DNA of 50,692 nucleotides from Parcubacteria group bacterium Gr01-1014_30 (GCA_007376185.1 VMFS01000008.1:1-50692); one strand, 5' to 3'. Shown: positions 18,773 through 29,322, counted from the stretch's first letter. Notes: generated from the letters alone by a model not told the origin. A program made the numbers and translations.

Positions 18773-20103
18773 TTTTTTATTATTTGTTCGGTTTTTTCAG
18801 TGGATAGGCCTGTGTACTTTTTGTAGTCCATTATTTTTTCCAACTCTTTTTTTTCAAGATATTTTAATACTTCTTTGTTTTTGGCGAGAACTTCTTTCAA
18901 GTGTATGTTTTTTGATAATGCCTTGTGCGAACTCTTTCTTAAAATATCGTGCGCTTTCTGCCTTACCATGCCTCTTTTTGTAAGCTCCGTGGTGAGGGCT
19001 TCTGCCATTATGGCGCCTTTTGTTAGTTCAAGGTTCTTTTTCATATTTTCCGGAAAAACCTTGAGCCCTTTTACCACTTTATTCATTCTTTCCAAAACAT
19101 CGTCCATTAAAACAAAAATAGTCGGCAATAAGCTTCTTTCAGCCGCAGAGTTGGTTAAATCCCTTTCGTGTTCCAAGGCGATGTTTTCAAGAGCTGGTCC
19201 CACGCAAGACCTGATGACACGGCAGTTGCCGCAAACGTTTTCTGCGTCAACCGGATTTCGCTTTTGCGGCATTGCCGAAGAACCGACTTGTTTTTCGCCA
19301 AAGGGTTCTGAAACCTCGGCTATCTCTGTTCTCTGGAGATTACGGATTTCTTTTGCAATTTGCTCACAGGTGCCAGCCAGTATTGCCAAGTCGCAAACCA
19401 CTCTGGCTATGTTCTCTCTTGGAGCAACCTGGGTGCTTATGTCGGCGGCTTTCAGTCCCAGTTTTCCCATTATTTTTTTCTCAACCGTTTGGCCATTTAT
19501 CCCAAGAACCTGCTGTGCCGCGAATGTCCCTACGGCTCCAGAAAATTTTCCAACAATATTTTTTTGATTTTGCCGCAATGCCTCCAAATCGTTTCCTATT
19601 TTATCTGCGTAGTTGGCAAACTTAAAGCCAAAAGTGATGGGCAGCGCGTGCTGGCCGTGCGTTCTGCCAACCATAATGAGGTCTTTGTGTTTTTTGGCCA
19701 AAGTCAAACAGCTTTTCAAAAGTTTTTTACCCTTTGTCAAAATAACGTCAAGCGCTTCTTTTGTTTGAAGCGCCTGAGCCGTGTCAACAATGTCGTAGCT
19801 GGTGGCAGCCAAGTGAACGTATTTGCCCGATATGCCAGAAACCTCGGTTAAGGCCTTTACAACTGCCATTAAGTCGTGTTTTGTTTCGCGCTCTATCACT
19901 TTAACTCTCGCAAGCTTTACAAATCTGACATTCGCCTTTTTTCTGATTTCTCTGGCGACTTCTTTTGGTATTTTGCCAAGCTCTGCCAAGGCCGCTGTTA
20001 AGGCCGCCTCAACTTTTAAGTAGAGGTTCAGGCGCACTTCCTCGTCAAAAATCTTTCGCATCTCTGGCGAGCCGTAGCGATAGTCAATGGGGTGAATGCT
20101 CAT
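18757..20103 (-). CDS. purB: Adenylosuccinate lyase
   Basis: GRTHGQHA, GSSAMPQKRNP, ERDLTNSA. Confidence 0.96.
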   Translation of the reverse strand: MSIHPIDYRYGSPEMRKIFDEEVRLNLYLKVEAALTAALAELGKIPKEVAREIRKKANVRFVKLARVKVIERETKHDLMAVVKALTEVSGISGKYVHLAATSYDIVDTAQALQTKEALDVILTKGKKLLKSCLTLAKKHKDLIMVGRTHGQHALPITFGFKFANYADKIGNDLEALRQNQKNIVGKFSGAVGTFAAQQVLGINGQTVEKKIMGKLGLKAADISTQVAPRENIARVVCDLAILAGTCEQIAKEIRNLQRTEIAEVSEPFGEKQVGSSAMPQKRNPVDAENVCGNCRVIRSCVGPALENIALEHERDLTNSAAERSLLPTIFVLMDDVLERMNKVVKGLKVFPENMKKNLELTKGAIMAEALTTELTKRGMVRQKAHDILRKSSHKALSKNIHLKEVLAKNKEVLKYLEKKELEKIMDYKKYTGLSTEKTEQIIKKWQNF

Positions 20104-20180
20104 AGGTATGTTTTATGCTCGGGAAGCGACATTTCGGCACACGCGCTCATCAAGTTTTTGCGAAGCAAATAAGATATAAA

Positions 20181-20328
20181 ATAGAGGATCAGCAACAAGT
20201 TTCAGGACAGCTCTCGCAGGTCTTTTAGCATGGTTCCGCCCAAGCGGATAAAAGGCCGAGAGCGCAGGTCGCCAAATCTCGCTGGGATTTGGACGACCGG
20301 TGAACTGAAACTTCGTTGCCGATCCTAT
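20181..20328. repeat. Structured three-way-junction element, copy 1 (homolog at 35744-35877)
   Basis: Closing stem AGGATCAGCAACAAGTTTCAG/CTGAAACTTCGTTGCCGATCCT with two internal hairpins. Confidence 0.7.
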
Positions 20329-20789
20329 AGCTCTCGGTTATCTCTTTCAATTTTCTCCGCCATTTTCTTTCGGTAATCTTGCAGCTTTTTTTTCAGGTCG
20401 TCATCCTTCAAAGCAAGAATTTCAATCGCCAATAGCGCCGCGTTTTCTCCTCTGTCAATCCCAACTGCAGCCACAGGAATGCCAGGGGGCATCTGGACAG
20501 TTGCCAAAAGCGCATCAAGGCCTCCGAGCTTTGAGTCAATCGGCACTCCTATTACCGGCTTTGTTGTTTTTGAAGCTATGACTCCAGGCAGAGCCGCCGA
20601 CAAACCCACGATGGCCACAAAAATATCGGCCGCGGAGTTTTTGACAATTTCCTCAACCTTTTCAGGACTTCTGTGCGCAGATGCTACGAAAGCTTCGTAC
20701 TTCACCCCAAACCCTTCAAGAACCAACTTACACTTTTCAAGAATCGGTTTGTCAGAGGCGGATCCCAAAATTATTGTTACTTGCGCCAT
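20325..20789 (-). CDS. purE: N5-CAIR mutase / AIR carboxylase
   Basis: [29 protein letters not shown]. Confidence 0.95.
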   Translation of the reverse strand: MAQVTIILGSASDKPILEKCKLVLEGFGVKYEAFVASAHRSPEKVEEIVKNSAADIFVAIVGLSAALPGVIASKTTKPVIGVPIDSKLGGLDALLATVQMPPGIPVAAVGIDRGENAALLAIEILALKDDDLKKKLQDYRKKMAEKIERDNREL

Positions 20790-20793
20790 AAGT

Positions 20794-21822
20794 TTAGAGT
20801 GTTATTATTTTATCTTTATACTTGATAACGATTTTATTTTCAAGGGTAACTCTTCCGATTATTTCGGCTGACTGTCTCTCTTTTTTCAGAATAGCCAAAG
20901 CTGGAATCGTGTCGCGCTCGCGAAGGATTAGAGCAAACCCCCAACCCATATTAAAAGTTTTAAACATTTCTTTGTTGGAAACCTTGCCTGTTTTTTGAAT
21001 CAAGTCAAAAATCGGCTGGGGTTTGAAGTTGTCAAACTCAAAACCCAGAGAGTCCTTCATTAGGTTTTGAAACTTCAAATACGCGTCGCCCGTAATATGC
21101 ACCGCTCCCAAAATCCTGAACTTTTTAGCGGCTTTCAAAAACTGCCTAACGTAAATCTTTGTGGGTTCCAAGCACGTCTTAAACAAAGAGCGGTCAAACC
21201 CTTTCGGTTTTGCGGAAAAATCAAACTTGCCGCCCCATTTTTTGAACAGGACTTTTCTAGCAAGCGTAAACCCATTTGAATGGAGGCCGGAACTTCGCAG
21301 TCCAATCACAACGTTTCCCGCCTTTATTTTTTCTCCGGTGATTATGTCTTTCTTTTTCACCTCTCCGACGCAGTCGCAGTTTATGTGGTAGGGGACTTTC
21401 AAGAGTTCCGGCACGTCGGCTGTTTCCCCGCCCACCAAAGGACAACCAGCGCGCTCAGCTCCCAAGATCAAACCTTTTTGAAGCTCCGAGAAAAGTTTCG
21501 GGTCGGATTTTTTAAGGTCAATTATGTCGGTAAAAGCTATTGGCCTTGCCCCGCACCTTATGCAGTCGTTCACGACCATGGCAACGGCGTCAATTCCAAT
21601 GGTGTCGTGTTTTCTTGCGGCTTGCGCTAAGAGAACCTTTGTTCCCACGCCGTCTGAGGTCTTAACGTGATAAACATTTTTTCCGACGGGGTAAAGAAAA
21701 TTGAAAGGAGTTTTTATGATGCGACTCTTGCTGGTTCCAAAAGTCGCTGAAATAACTTTCAGCGACTTTTTTGCTTCTTTCCTTAGATTCCTGCTGACGC
21801 CTGCTCGGGCGTAGGTTTTCAT
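20794..21822 (-). CDS. purM: AIR synthetase
   Basis: [36 protein letters not shown]. Confidence 0.95.
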   Translation of the reverse strand: MKTYARAGVSRNLRKEAKKSLKVISATFGTSKSRIIKTPFNFLYPVGKNVYHVKTSDGVGTKVLLAQAARKHDTIGIDAVAMVVNDCIRCGARPIAFTDIIDLKKSDPKLFSELQKGLILGAERAGCPLVGGETADVPELLKVPYHINCDCVGEVKKKDIITGEKIKAGNVVIGLRSSGLHSNGFTLARKVLFKKWGGKFDFSAKPKGFDRSLFKTCLEPTKIYVRQFLKAAKKFRILGAVHITGDAYLKFQNLMKDSLGFEFDNFKPQPIFDLIQKTGKVSNKEMFKTFNMGWGFALILRERDTIPALAILKKERQSAEIIGRVTLENKIVIKYKDKIITL

Positions 21823-22964
21823 ATAAATATCTCTATCTTTGCTTTGGCGCGGAGTTCGGCTATAACTTCTTGCAGCTCAACCTGGAGTTTTTGGGAAATA
21901 ATAGATTGTTCAATTTGTTCTCGTACTTCAGTAAGTTCTTGCGTTTCTTGGGCGGGGAGGCCTTCGTAGAAATCTTTCACTTCCTGTTCCTCGGCCACTA
22001 TACTTCTTTCTTGGATCAAGATGCCAAAATACTTGTCAAAAATAACCATTTTTTCTATCTCTTTTTTCAGTTCTTGACGAGAAGTTTCTTCCTGGCTGAG
22101 GGCTTGTTCAAACTCTTCCTCCGTGGGAAACTGCGCCAAGATTTGCCCAAACTGATTTTCAACTTCCGCCTCGTCCGCCGCAACTCCTCTTTGGTTCGCG
22201 TCCTGGAACAAGAGAACTTCGTTTATCATTAAGTCCAAAACCTGACGCGCTTGGACAGTGTTGACTTGGGCAGGTTCGGTCTGCAGCATTCTTTCAAGGC
22301 GTGAATCAAAAACGTCTTTGGTAATTTTTTCTCCGTTTACTACTGCCACGGCCTTTTGCGACGCAAAAGGTAGAACAGGAGAACCAAATATAATGAACGC
22401 TGCAACCACGGAGGCCAGAGCTACTATGGCGAATGACGCTATAGCCGGTTTTCGCCAAAAGTTTGCTAGCCAGCCTGAGGACATTCGGCTGAGCTCAGTT
22501 AAAGCCCCTGCCGAAGGGTCATTTTTTTGCTCTGTGTATTCCAGGCGATAAAACTTGCGGTTACTATACACCCCCCGTTTTTTAAGCAAAGAAAATCCTA
22601 GTTTTTTGTAAAAGTCGCCCGTTTCGTACTCGTAAAAGGCGTAGGCGCGCAGGGCTTGGACTTTTTGTTCTTTTGCCGCGGACTTGGCAAACTCCACTAA
22701 CTTTGTGCCGATGCCCCGACCCCGAAATTTCTCCGCAACGGCCAGCGTCTCAATATACATTATATTGTCGGCCTTCTTTCTCAAGCTGATTACGCCTACA
22801 ACTTGGTTTCTGTCCTCGGCAACGAAGTATTCTCCTTTTTTAATCTGGCTTTTGACAAACTCCTCGTCCGCCCAAATAAATCCTGGGACGTCCAAGCGAA
22901 GCGCGCCGATGATTTTTAAAATGTTTTTTCTGTCTTTCTGAAGTGCTTTTCTGATACCAACCAT
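21819..22964 (-). CDS. GNAT acetyltransferase fused via a TM helix to a SurA-N-like chaperone domain
   Basis: FRGRGIGTKL acetyl-CoA motif, FYKKLGF; hydrophobic segment; VAVVNGEKIT...VLDLMINEVLL. Confidence 0.75.
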   Translation of the reverse strand: MVGIRKALQKDRKNILKIIGALRLDVPGFIWADEEFVKSQIKKGEYFVAEDRNQVVGVISLRKKADNIMYIETLAVAEKFRGRGIGTKLVEFAKSAAKEQKVQALRAYAFYEYETGDFYKKLGFSLLKKRGVYSNRKFYRLEYTEQKNDPSAGALTELSRMSSGWLANFWRKPAIASFAIVALASVVAAFIIFGSPVLPFASQKAVAVVNGEKITKDVFDSRLERMLQTEPAQVNTVQARQVLDLMINEVLLFQDANQRGVAADEAEVENQFGQILAQFPTEEEFEQALSQEETSRQELKKEIEKMVIFDKYFGILIQERSIVAEEQEVKDFYEGLPAQETQELTEVREQIEQSIISQKLQVELQEVIAELRAKAKIEIFI

Positions 22965-23016
22965 AAGTCCATTTTACATGTTTTTTGCTAGAGGGCAACC
23001 CCTACAGGGTGGGTAC

Positions 23017-23045
23017 TTGACAAATCTAAAAGTATATGCTATAAT
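23017..23045 (+). promoter_or_regulatory. Consensus sigma70 promoter with extended -10
   Basis: TTGACA-17 nt-TATAAT preceded by TGC; boxA-like TTCTTTGAAAA about 25 nt downstream. Confidence 0.85.
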
Positions 23046-23049
23046 GGCT

Positions 23050-23586
23050 TATAAGCGGAAAATAAGAGAGTTTCTTTGAAAATAATAAAGCAATAGAGAG
23101 AGGGGCAAAATTACTGCGTAATTTTGCGGGTTCTAACCTTGGGGAGGTTATATGTTAAACCCTGGGCTTGCTGACCCTTCCTTTTAGGAGGGGTCAGCAA
23201 GAACTCGCAAAGCGAGTTAAATGCGGCCTTCTCTTGGCCGCTTATTTAGTTCTTTCAGCTGAGTGGCACAACCTTCCTGAGTTTATCAAGGGAGGGCGCA
23301 GCCCCGGCACAAGGGCCAACCCTTGTCAACACCTGGTGTTGACAAGCGGCCAGTCACCCGCCTTCGCTCTGCTTCGCAGAGCTTCGGCGAGGTAAAAAAT
23401 TGAGTGCTCCTGACTTGCCTCGCCGAAGCTCATGCGGAGGCGGGACCCGCGAGTCGGGACCGGAGAAGAAAAGATTGTTCCTCGGTCTCGGCTCGCGAGG
23501 AGCCCCGCACCAGAACAAGTTCGGTGCGGGGCAGGCCGAACAGCACACAACAACATCGCCCGCCAGAGGCTGGCAGAGGAGGAGAG
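23050..23586 (+). ncRNA. Putative long structured leader or ncRNA
   Basis: Back-to-back hairpins, e.g. CTTGCTGACCCTTCC/GGAGGGGTCAGCAAG, CTTGTCAACAC/GTGTTGACAAG, GCCCCGCACC/GGTGCGGGGC; no credible long ORF. Confidence 0.45.
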
Positions 23587-23793
23587 ATGACAGAGCAGAA
23601 GAAAATACCGTACCGCTACCTTGTTGGCTGGATGGCACAAAACGATAGAGGGTTCGCTCACGGAACCCTAATCGTCAACCAATCCCACAGGATTCAAAAC
23701 GACGAGGATTTGATTGCCATACGAGACTTCGTCAGGAAAGAGGTAGGGCACCCGACGGCTTACATCACGGCGTTCAGCCGTTTCGAGGAGTAG
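23587..23793 (+). CDS. Small hypothetical protein (68 aa)
   Basis: AGGAGG before ATG 23587; globular composition MTEQKKIPYRYLVGW...AFSRFEE. Confidence 0.7.
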   Translation: MTEQKKIPYRYLVGWMAQNDRGFAHGTLIVNQSHRIQNDEDLIAIRDFVRKEVGHPTAYITAFSRFEE

Positions 23794-23832
23794 AGGCGCT
23801 GACCTGCGCCTCCCCGCGCAACGCGGGGCAAA

Positions 23833-23938
23833 GGGTTGAGCACTCAGCCCAAGTCAAAGTTCAGGGGAGGCGAGCAAATTCGCTTCGCCTCCCACCCTTT
23901 TCCGAGTTCCGACACAAAGTCGGGATTCAGAAAAGGGG
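23833..23938 (+). repeat. Conserved post-ORF structured module, copy C
   Basis: GCACTCAGCC; GGAGGCGAGC/GCTTCGCCTCC; CCGAGT...ATTCAG stem. Confidence 0.6.
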
Positions 23939-23986
23939 ATAGAAGTTCATTGAAACGCCGCCAGAGGGCGGCAGAAAGGAGGGCCC

Positions 23987-24622
23987 ATGAAGGCCCTAAT
24001 GGTCAGCGCCGCCCTCGCGGCGGCAATGGTAGCGGCGCTTCCGCTCGAAGCGGAAGCGCAGTACGGCGGCTACTACCCCACGCTTGAGGCGTGGGGTAGG
24101 GCCGGGGGGTACGGGTACGGCGGGTACGGTGGCTACGGCTACGGGTACCCGTACCGGGTCCTGTGGCAGGCCCCGGGCGTCAAGTTCCACTTGGAACTGG
24201 TGCCAGAGGACGAGATCGCCCTCGTCAAGAGGGGAATCGTGACGGTTAACGGGGCCGAGGTTGGCCTCGTAAATCGGCACGACGGCTGGTGGAACGCCCC
24301 CATCCAGGTGGCCTCAGGCCATCATGAAGTGGGGGTTGTTCTGGAAGACGGTCGCGTCTTCCAGACCTCAGTATTCGTGCAGCCGTTTCAAGTGCTGCAC
24401 GTGTACCTGCGGTTTCCGCCGGTTGGATCCCAGCCCTCGGCGCCACCACCCGCTCCAGCGTCCTCCCCGCCGGAGGCCGCGCCGCCAGTGCCGCAGGCCC
24501 CGGCTCCCAGACCGGCGCCTGCGCCGGCGCCGCCTGCCGCGGCGCCCGCGGCAGACGAGTGTGCTCACCTGTCGCAATATCCAACCCTTTTGGGTTGGTG
24601 TGCGGCTGGTCGGCGTAAGTAG
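23987..24622 (+). CDS. Secreted protein: signal peptide, Gly/Tyr-rich segment, PEGA-like beta domain, Pro/Ala tail
   Basis: AAAGGAGG before ATG; AEA signal cleavage; VTVNGAEVG...SGHHEV. Confidence 0.75.
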   Translation: MKALMVSAALAAAMVAALPLEAEAQYGGYYPTLEAWGRAGGYGYGGYGGYGYGYPYRVLWQAPGVKFHLELVPEDEIALVKRGIVTVNGAEVGLVNRHDGWWNAPIQVASGHHEVGVVLEDGRVFQTSVFVQPFQVLHVYLRFPPVGSQPSAPPPAPASSPPEAAPPVPQAPAPRPAPAPAPPAAAPAADECAHLSQYPTLLGWCAAGRRK

Positions 24623-24662
24623 CCAGCCAAGTTCCGGACTGGCGACCGACGCAAGTCGGAGT

Positions 24663-24785
24663 ATACACCACGCGCAGGCAAAGCACTCGCCGACGTGTGG
24701 GAGGAACAAAAGGAGGAAGCAACTGCAACACGCTTCCTCCCCAACTCCGAGTTCAGGTATGCGAATACGTGGATTCAGAGTGGGG
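24663..24785 (+). repeat. Conserved post-ORF structured module, copy A
   Basis: CCACGCG/CGTGTGG, GAGGAACAA, GGAGGAAGC/GCTTCCTCC, CTCCGAGT/ATTCAGAG. Confidence 0.7.
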
Positions 24786-24889
24786 AAACCCCAGTAGTAG
24801 AACGCTTCGCGTTCACTACAGGGCAGGGTTCTTTGCAAAATAAAAAAACAGCCAAGGACGGCTGAAAAGATAAATTGATTTTGAACTGA

Positions 24890-25174
24890 TTATTTCTGTT
24901 TTGCTTCAAGCATGCTTACGCGCCTTTCCAGGATGACAAACTCATCGCGTGAAACTTTTTGCTTCAAATCGTTTTTTATGACTTCAAGGTCAAGTTTAAT
25001 AACTTCCAAAGTTTCGCTGTTGGCCACTACTTGTTCTGCAACGGTTTGAATTTGGCCTTTCAAATCTTCAGTCATAACGTCAAAATGACGCTTGATTTCT
25101 CCAGTCTTTTCGTCAAAATGCCGCTTGGTTTCGTCTTTATACTCGCCTAAAATTTTTCTGATGTCGTCTACCAT
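24890..25174 (-). CDS. Small coiled-coil hypothetical protein
   Basis: Heptad pattern, EFVILERRVSMLE; TGCTACCAT -10 box 7 nt upstream of ATG. Confidence 0.75.
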   Translation of the reverse strand: MVDDIRKILGEYKDETKRHFDEKTGEIKRHFDVMTEDLKGQIQTVAEQVVANSETLEVIKLDLEVIKNDLKQKVSRDEFVILERRVSMLEAKQK

Positions 25175-25378
25175 ATATTTAATGGTAGCAATTGGAAGTT
25201 AAATGTCAAATGCAATGCTTCAACTGAACTCACGAGTTTTGCTCGCGGGTTCTGAGAGGCAGTTCTTTCAAAAGTTTCGCGGTCTTGGATAAGCCCTGAG
25301 CTTGTAGAAGGGTTTGTCCGAGGCCGCGATGACCGCGGCGCTCGACAGTTCCCGCCGAAGGCGGGGGAGGAGAGAAGT

Positions 25379-26083
25379 ATGGTAGGACCGTTTTCGGTTT
25401 TGATTTTTCTTGCGATGATCGCCGTGTCAACGGCGAACGCGCAGACTCCAGACGATGACCAAGGCGGCGTTACCGCCTCGGCCAACGCCTGGCTCGACCT
25501 CTTCGTCGGACCCGACGGCGACGTGGTTTACCCCCAGTATATGTTCAGAGTGGCGACGGAGAACATTGTTGTGACGGGCTACGGATTCTGGGAACGGGCG
25601 CCAAATGAGCCCGACTTCACAAACCACGTGAATACGGTCACCTACCAGCCATTTTCAGCTTTATCTTTGCGAGCTGAAACCGGCGGACGTACTCGGGATT
25701 TCGAGATTCGCTCGCCTCGGGGCGGTGCGATTACCATTCCGCCAGCGGCGTTCTTCCAGGTCGGGCCGCAAGTGAACCTGCACCGGTTGGGCAAGTTCAA
25801 GGGACTGGACTATATGGTTCTCTCCTACCTGCCCCACCTGGCCGGGATCCGCCCAAACAATACCATCCTCGCGGGCGGCACCACGCGGCTCCCTGTCATG
25901 CGGGGAATCGCGGTCTCGGTGGAGGGCTACCGCCGGTTCTTCCCGGAGGGAGCGGACTACGCCGAGTACTGGTTTCTCGTGCACCCCACTCGTACCAACG
26001 GGCACATGGGCTTTGGCGTCTTCTTCCTCCAGGATGGGAGGGCGAAGAGTCTCGGCTTCGGCGTGCGACTGGAGCCGTTGTAG
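25379..26083 (+). CDS. Secreted protein, probable beta-barrel fold
   Basis: GGAGGAG upstream; signal peptide ending ANA; alternating hydrophobic strands, C-terminal LGFGVRL. Confidence 0.72.
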   Translation: MVGPFSVLIFLAMIAVSTANAQTPDDDQGGVTASANAWLDLFVGPDGDVVYPQYMFRVATENIVVTGYGFWERAPNEPDFTNHVNTVTYQPFSALSLRAETGGRTRDFEIRSPRGGAITIPPAAFFQVGPQVNLHRLGKFKGLDYMVLSYLPHLAGIRPNNTILAGGTTRLPVMRGIAVSVEGYRRFFPEGADYAEYWFLVHPTRTNGHMGFGVFFLQDGRAKSLGFGVRLEPL

Positions 26084-26094
26084 CGGAAAGTAGA

Positions 26095-26218
26095 ATACAA
26101 ACCGCGCATGGCATGCATTCAGCCATGGCGCGGGAGGAACAACAAGGCGGAGGCAATAAACAGCGCCTCCGCCCCATCTCCGAGTCCTCAAACAAAAATT
26201 TGAGGGTTCAGAGCAGGG
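26095..26218 (+). repeat. Conserved post-ORF structured module, copy B
   Basis: CCGCGC/GCGCGG, GAGGAACAA, GGCGGAGGC/GCCTCCGCC, CTCCGAGT/GTTCAGAG. Confidence 0.7.
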
Positions 26219-26271
26219 AAGTAAGTTAAAGATTAGAGGCCCGCCTTCGTCCTTCGGGCTACGGCTAGGCA

Positions 26272-26346
26272 AGGCCGGAGGCGCTTTTGCGGCGGGATAG
26301 AACCCTCTCTCCCTGCCGTGGGAGCGCCTGCGGCCTTTTATTTTTT
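26272..26346 (+). terminator. Long hairpin plus U tract closing the island
   Basis: AGGCCGGAGGCGCTT...GAGCGCCTGCGGCCTTTTATTTTTT. Confidence 0.6.
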
Positions 26347-26375
26347 GCCAAACAGCTCTTGATTAGGTGCGGGGG

Positions 26376-26404
26376 TTGACAAAAGTTTTTGGCAGAGTTA
26401 ATAT
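26376..26404 (+). promoter_or_regulatory. rRNA promoter
   Basis: TTGACA-17 nt-TAATAT; boxA-like GCACTTTGAAAA at about 26584-26595. Confidence 0.7.
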
Positions 26405-26810
26405 GCAATTAGAAAGGTTAATAAGCCAAAGATATGGCAAGAGAAAAAGAGACAAAGTGTAACTGTGGAGGCGGTTGCGGATGCGGCGGTAACTGCGGTT
26501 GCTAATGATTGGTTGATAGAAAAAGTTAGGTTGAGAGCTCACGAGGTCTCTTCGTGGGTTTTTGTTTCCGCCTGATTCGGAAAGCACTTTGAAAAGTTAA
26601 AATTAACAGCTGGTAATATCATAAATACCGACCCACTTCGGAAGGGGGTCGGGGAAACCCACAGGTTTCCCCGTGTAGGAAAACAGGCTTTCGCCGAAAG
26701 GCGAAAACGTTAGAAACCGAGGGTTTCTAAAGAGCGGCGTAGTGAAACGAGCCGCGACCTGATTATATATTACCACTGAGTCAGTTTTTTAGAGTTGCCT
26801 CGACATACTT

Positions 26811-28448
<1,638 letters not shown>

Positions 28449-28764
28449 TTTTAAAGTTGTCGACTGGAATTGGTTTGCGAGAATTCTCAAACTAACTCCA
28501 AGGTGTTGGTCTTTGCACCTAAAAGGAAGACCTCGAGGCAACTCTAAGAAACTTACTCAGTAACTCAAATCAGTTCGCGGCACGCGCGATTATTAAATGT
28601 CGCTTTCGCGACCGCGCTTAGCCGTTCTTTAGAAACCCTCGGTTTCTAACGTTTTCGCCTTCGGCGAAAGCCTGTTTTCCTATACGGGGAAACCGGATGG
28701 TTTCCAGGTCGGGAGTTTCCGCTCTTGGTAAAATTAAGCAGATTGTTTTTTGCAGCTAAAGGCT

Positions 28765-28856
28765 TAAAATCCCCCGTGGTGGAAAAATAGGAAGAAGCGT
28801 TAGCGACTGACGTAAGAAACCGAAGGTTTCTTAAGCCGGGGGTCGGGGGATTTTAT
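28765..28856. repeat. About 90-bp MITE/REP-like element, copy 1
   Basis: Termini TAAAATCCCCC/GGGGGATTTTA; inverted homolog at 33289-33372. Confidence 0.75.
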
Positions 28857-28930
28857 GGGCGTGTAGTTTAGTGGTAAAACACGGTCCTGATAAGACCGAA
28901 TCCCAAGTTCGATTCTTGGCATGCCCACCA
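28857..28930 (+). tRNA. tRNA-Ile(GAT)
   Basis: GGGCGTG/CATGCCC acceptor stem, CGGTC-CTGATAA-GACCG anticodon arm, GTTCGA T loop, encoded CCA. Confidence 0.96.
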
Positions 28931-28958
28931 GAACCATAGTGTATTACAAAATATTACA

Positions 28959-29138
28959 ATGAAGAAAGGAAAGATTCAAAAATTTCAGAGCAGGTGTAAC
29001 GTTGAACTCCTCTTGAGAAACGTTAAAAAGCATGCCGGCAAGGGTGGCACGCAAGACCTCTCCAAACGCCACGACCGTTACATCTATCGTCATTTTGACA
29101 TGGATTATCCAAAAAACAACCTGTCGCTTTATCGCTAA
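28959..29138 (+). CDS. 59-aa antitoxin-like peptide (below the ORF-track cutoff)
   Basis: Manual translation MKKGKIQ...GGTQDLSKRHDRYIY...; the DLSxxHDxYxY motif recalls VapB-like antitoxin C-termini. Confidence 0.45.
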   Translation: MKKGKIQKFQSRCNVELLLRNVKKHAGKGGTQDLSKRHDRYIYRHFDMDYPKNNLSLYR

Positions 29139-29172
29139 TTTCGACTCTTGCCATGCCCAAAGAGTACTACAT

Positions 29173-29322
29173 ATGATTAAGAAAATAATTCTTTCCTTAA
29201 TTATTATCTATTTAGGGGTAGGAGTATACTTGGCATTCCAATTTTCTTATTCTGTTGATTTAAGCACTCGGTTCTCTGTGATACTAGGTTGGCCGTTATT
29301 ATTCTTTTGGCCTATAAACTAG
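29173..29322 (+). CDS. Small membrane protein (49 aa)
   Basis: MIKKIILSLIIIYLGVG...ILGWPLLFF, two hydrophobic stretches. Confidence 0.55.
   Translation: MIKKIILSLIIIYLGVGVYLAFQFSYSVDLSTRFSVILGWPLLFFWPIN

Noticed and set aside
20104..20328. Purine or ZTP riboswitch upstream of purB
   Set aside because: No purine or ZTP aptamer consensus recognised; the homolog next to thrS has the opposite relative orientation.
23168..23661. Several overlapping 75-111 aa ORFs in the GC-rich leader
   Set aside because: Explained by high GC and hairpins; no SD or protein-like composition, unlike the ORF starting at 23587.
23833..26218. Integron attC sites or CRISPR array
   Set aside because: No RYYYAAC/GTTRRRY ends, no identical repeats with regular spacers, and no intI or cas genes in the window.
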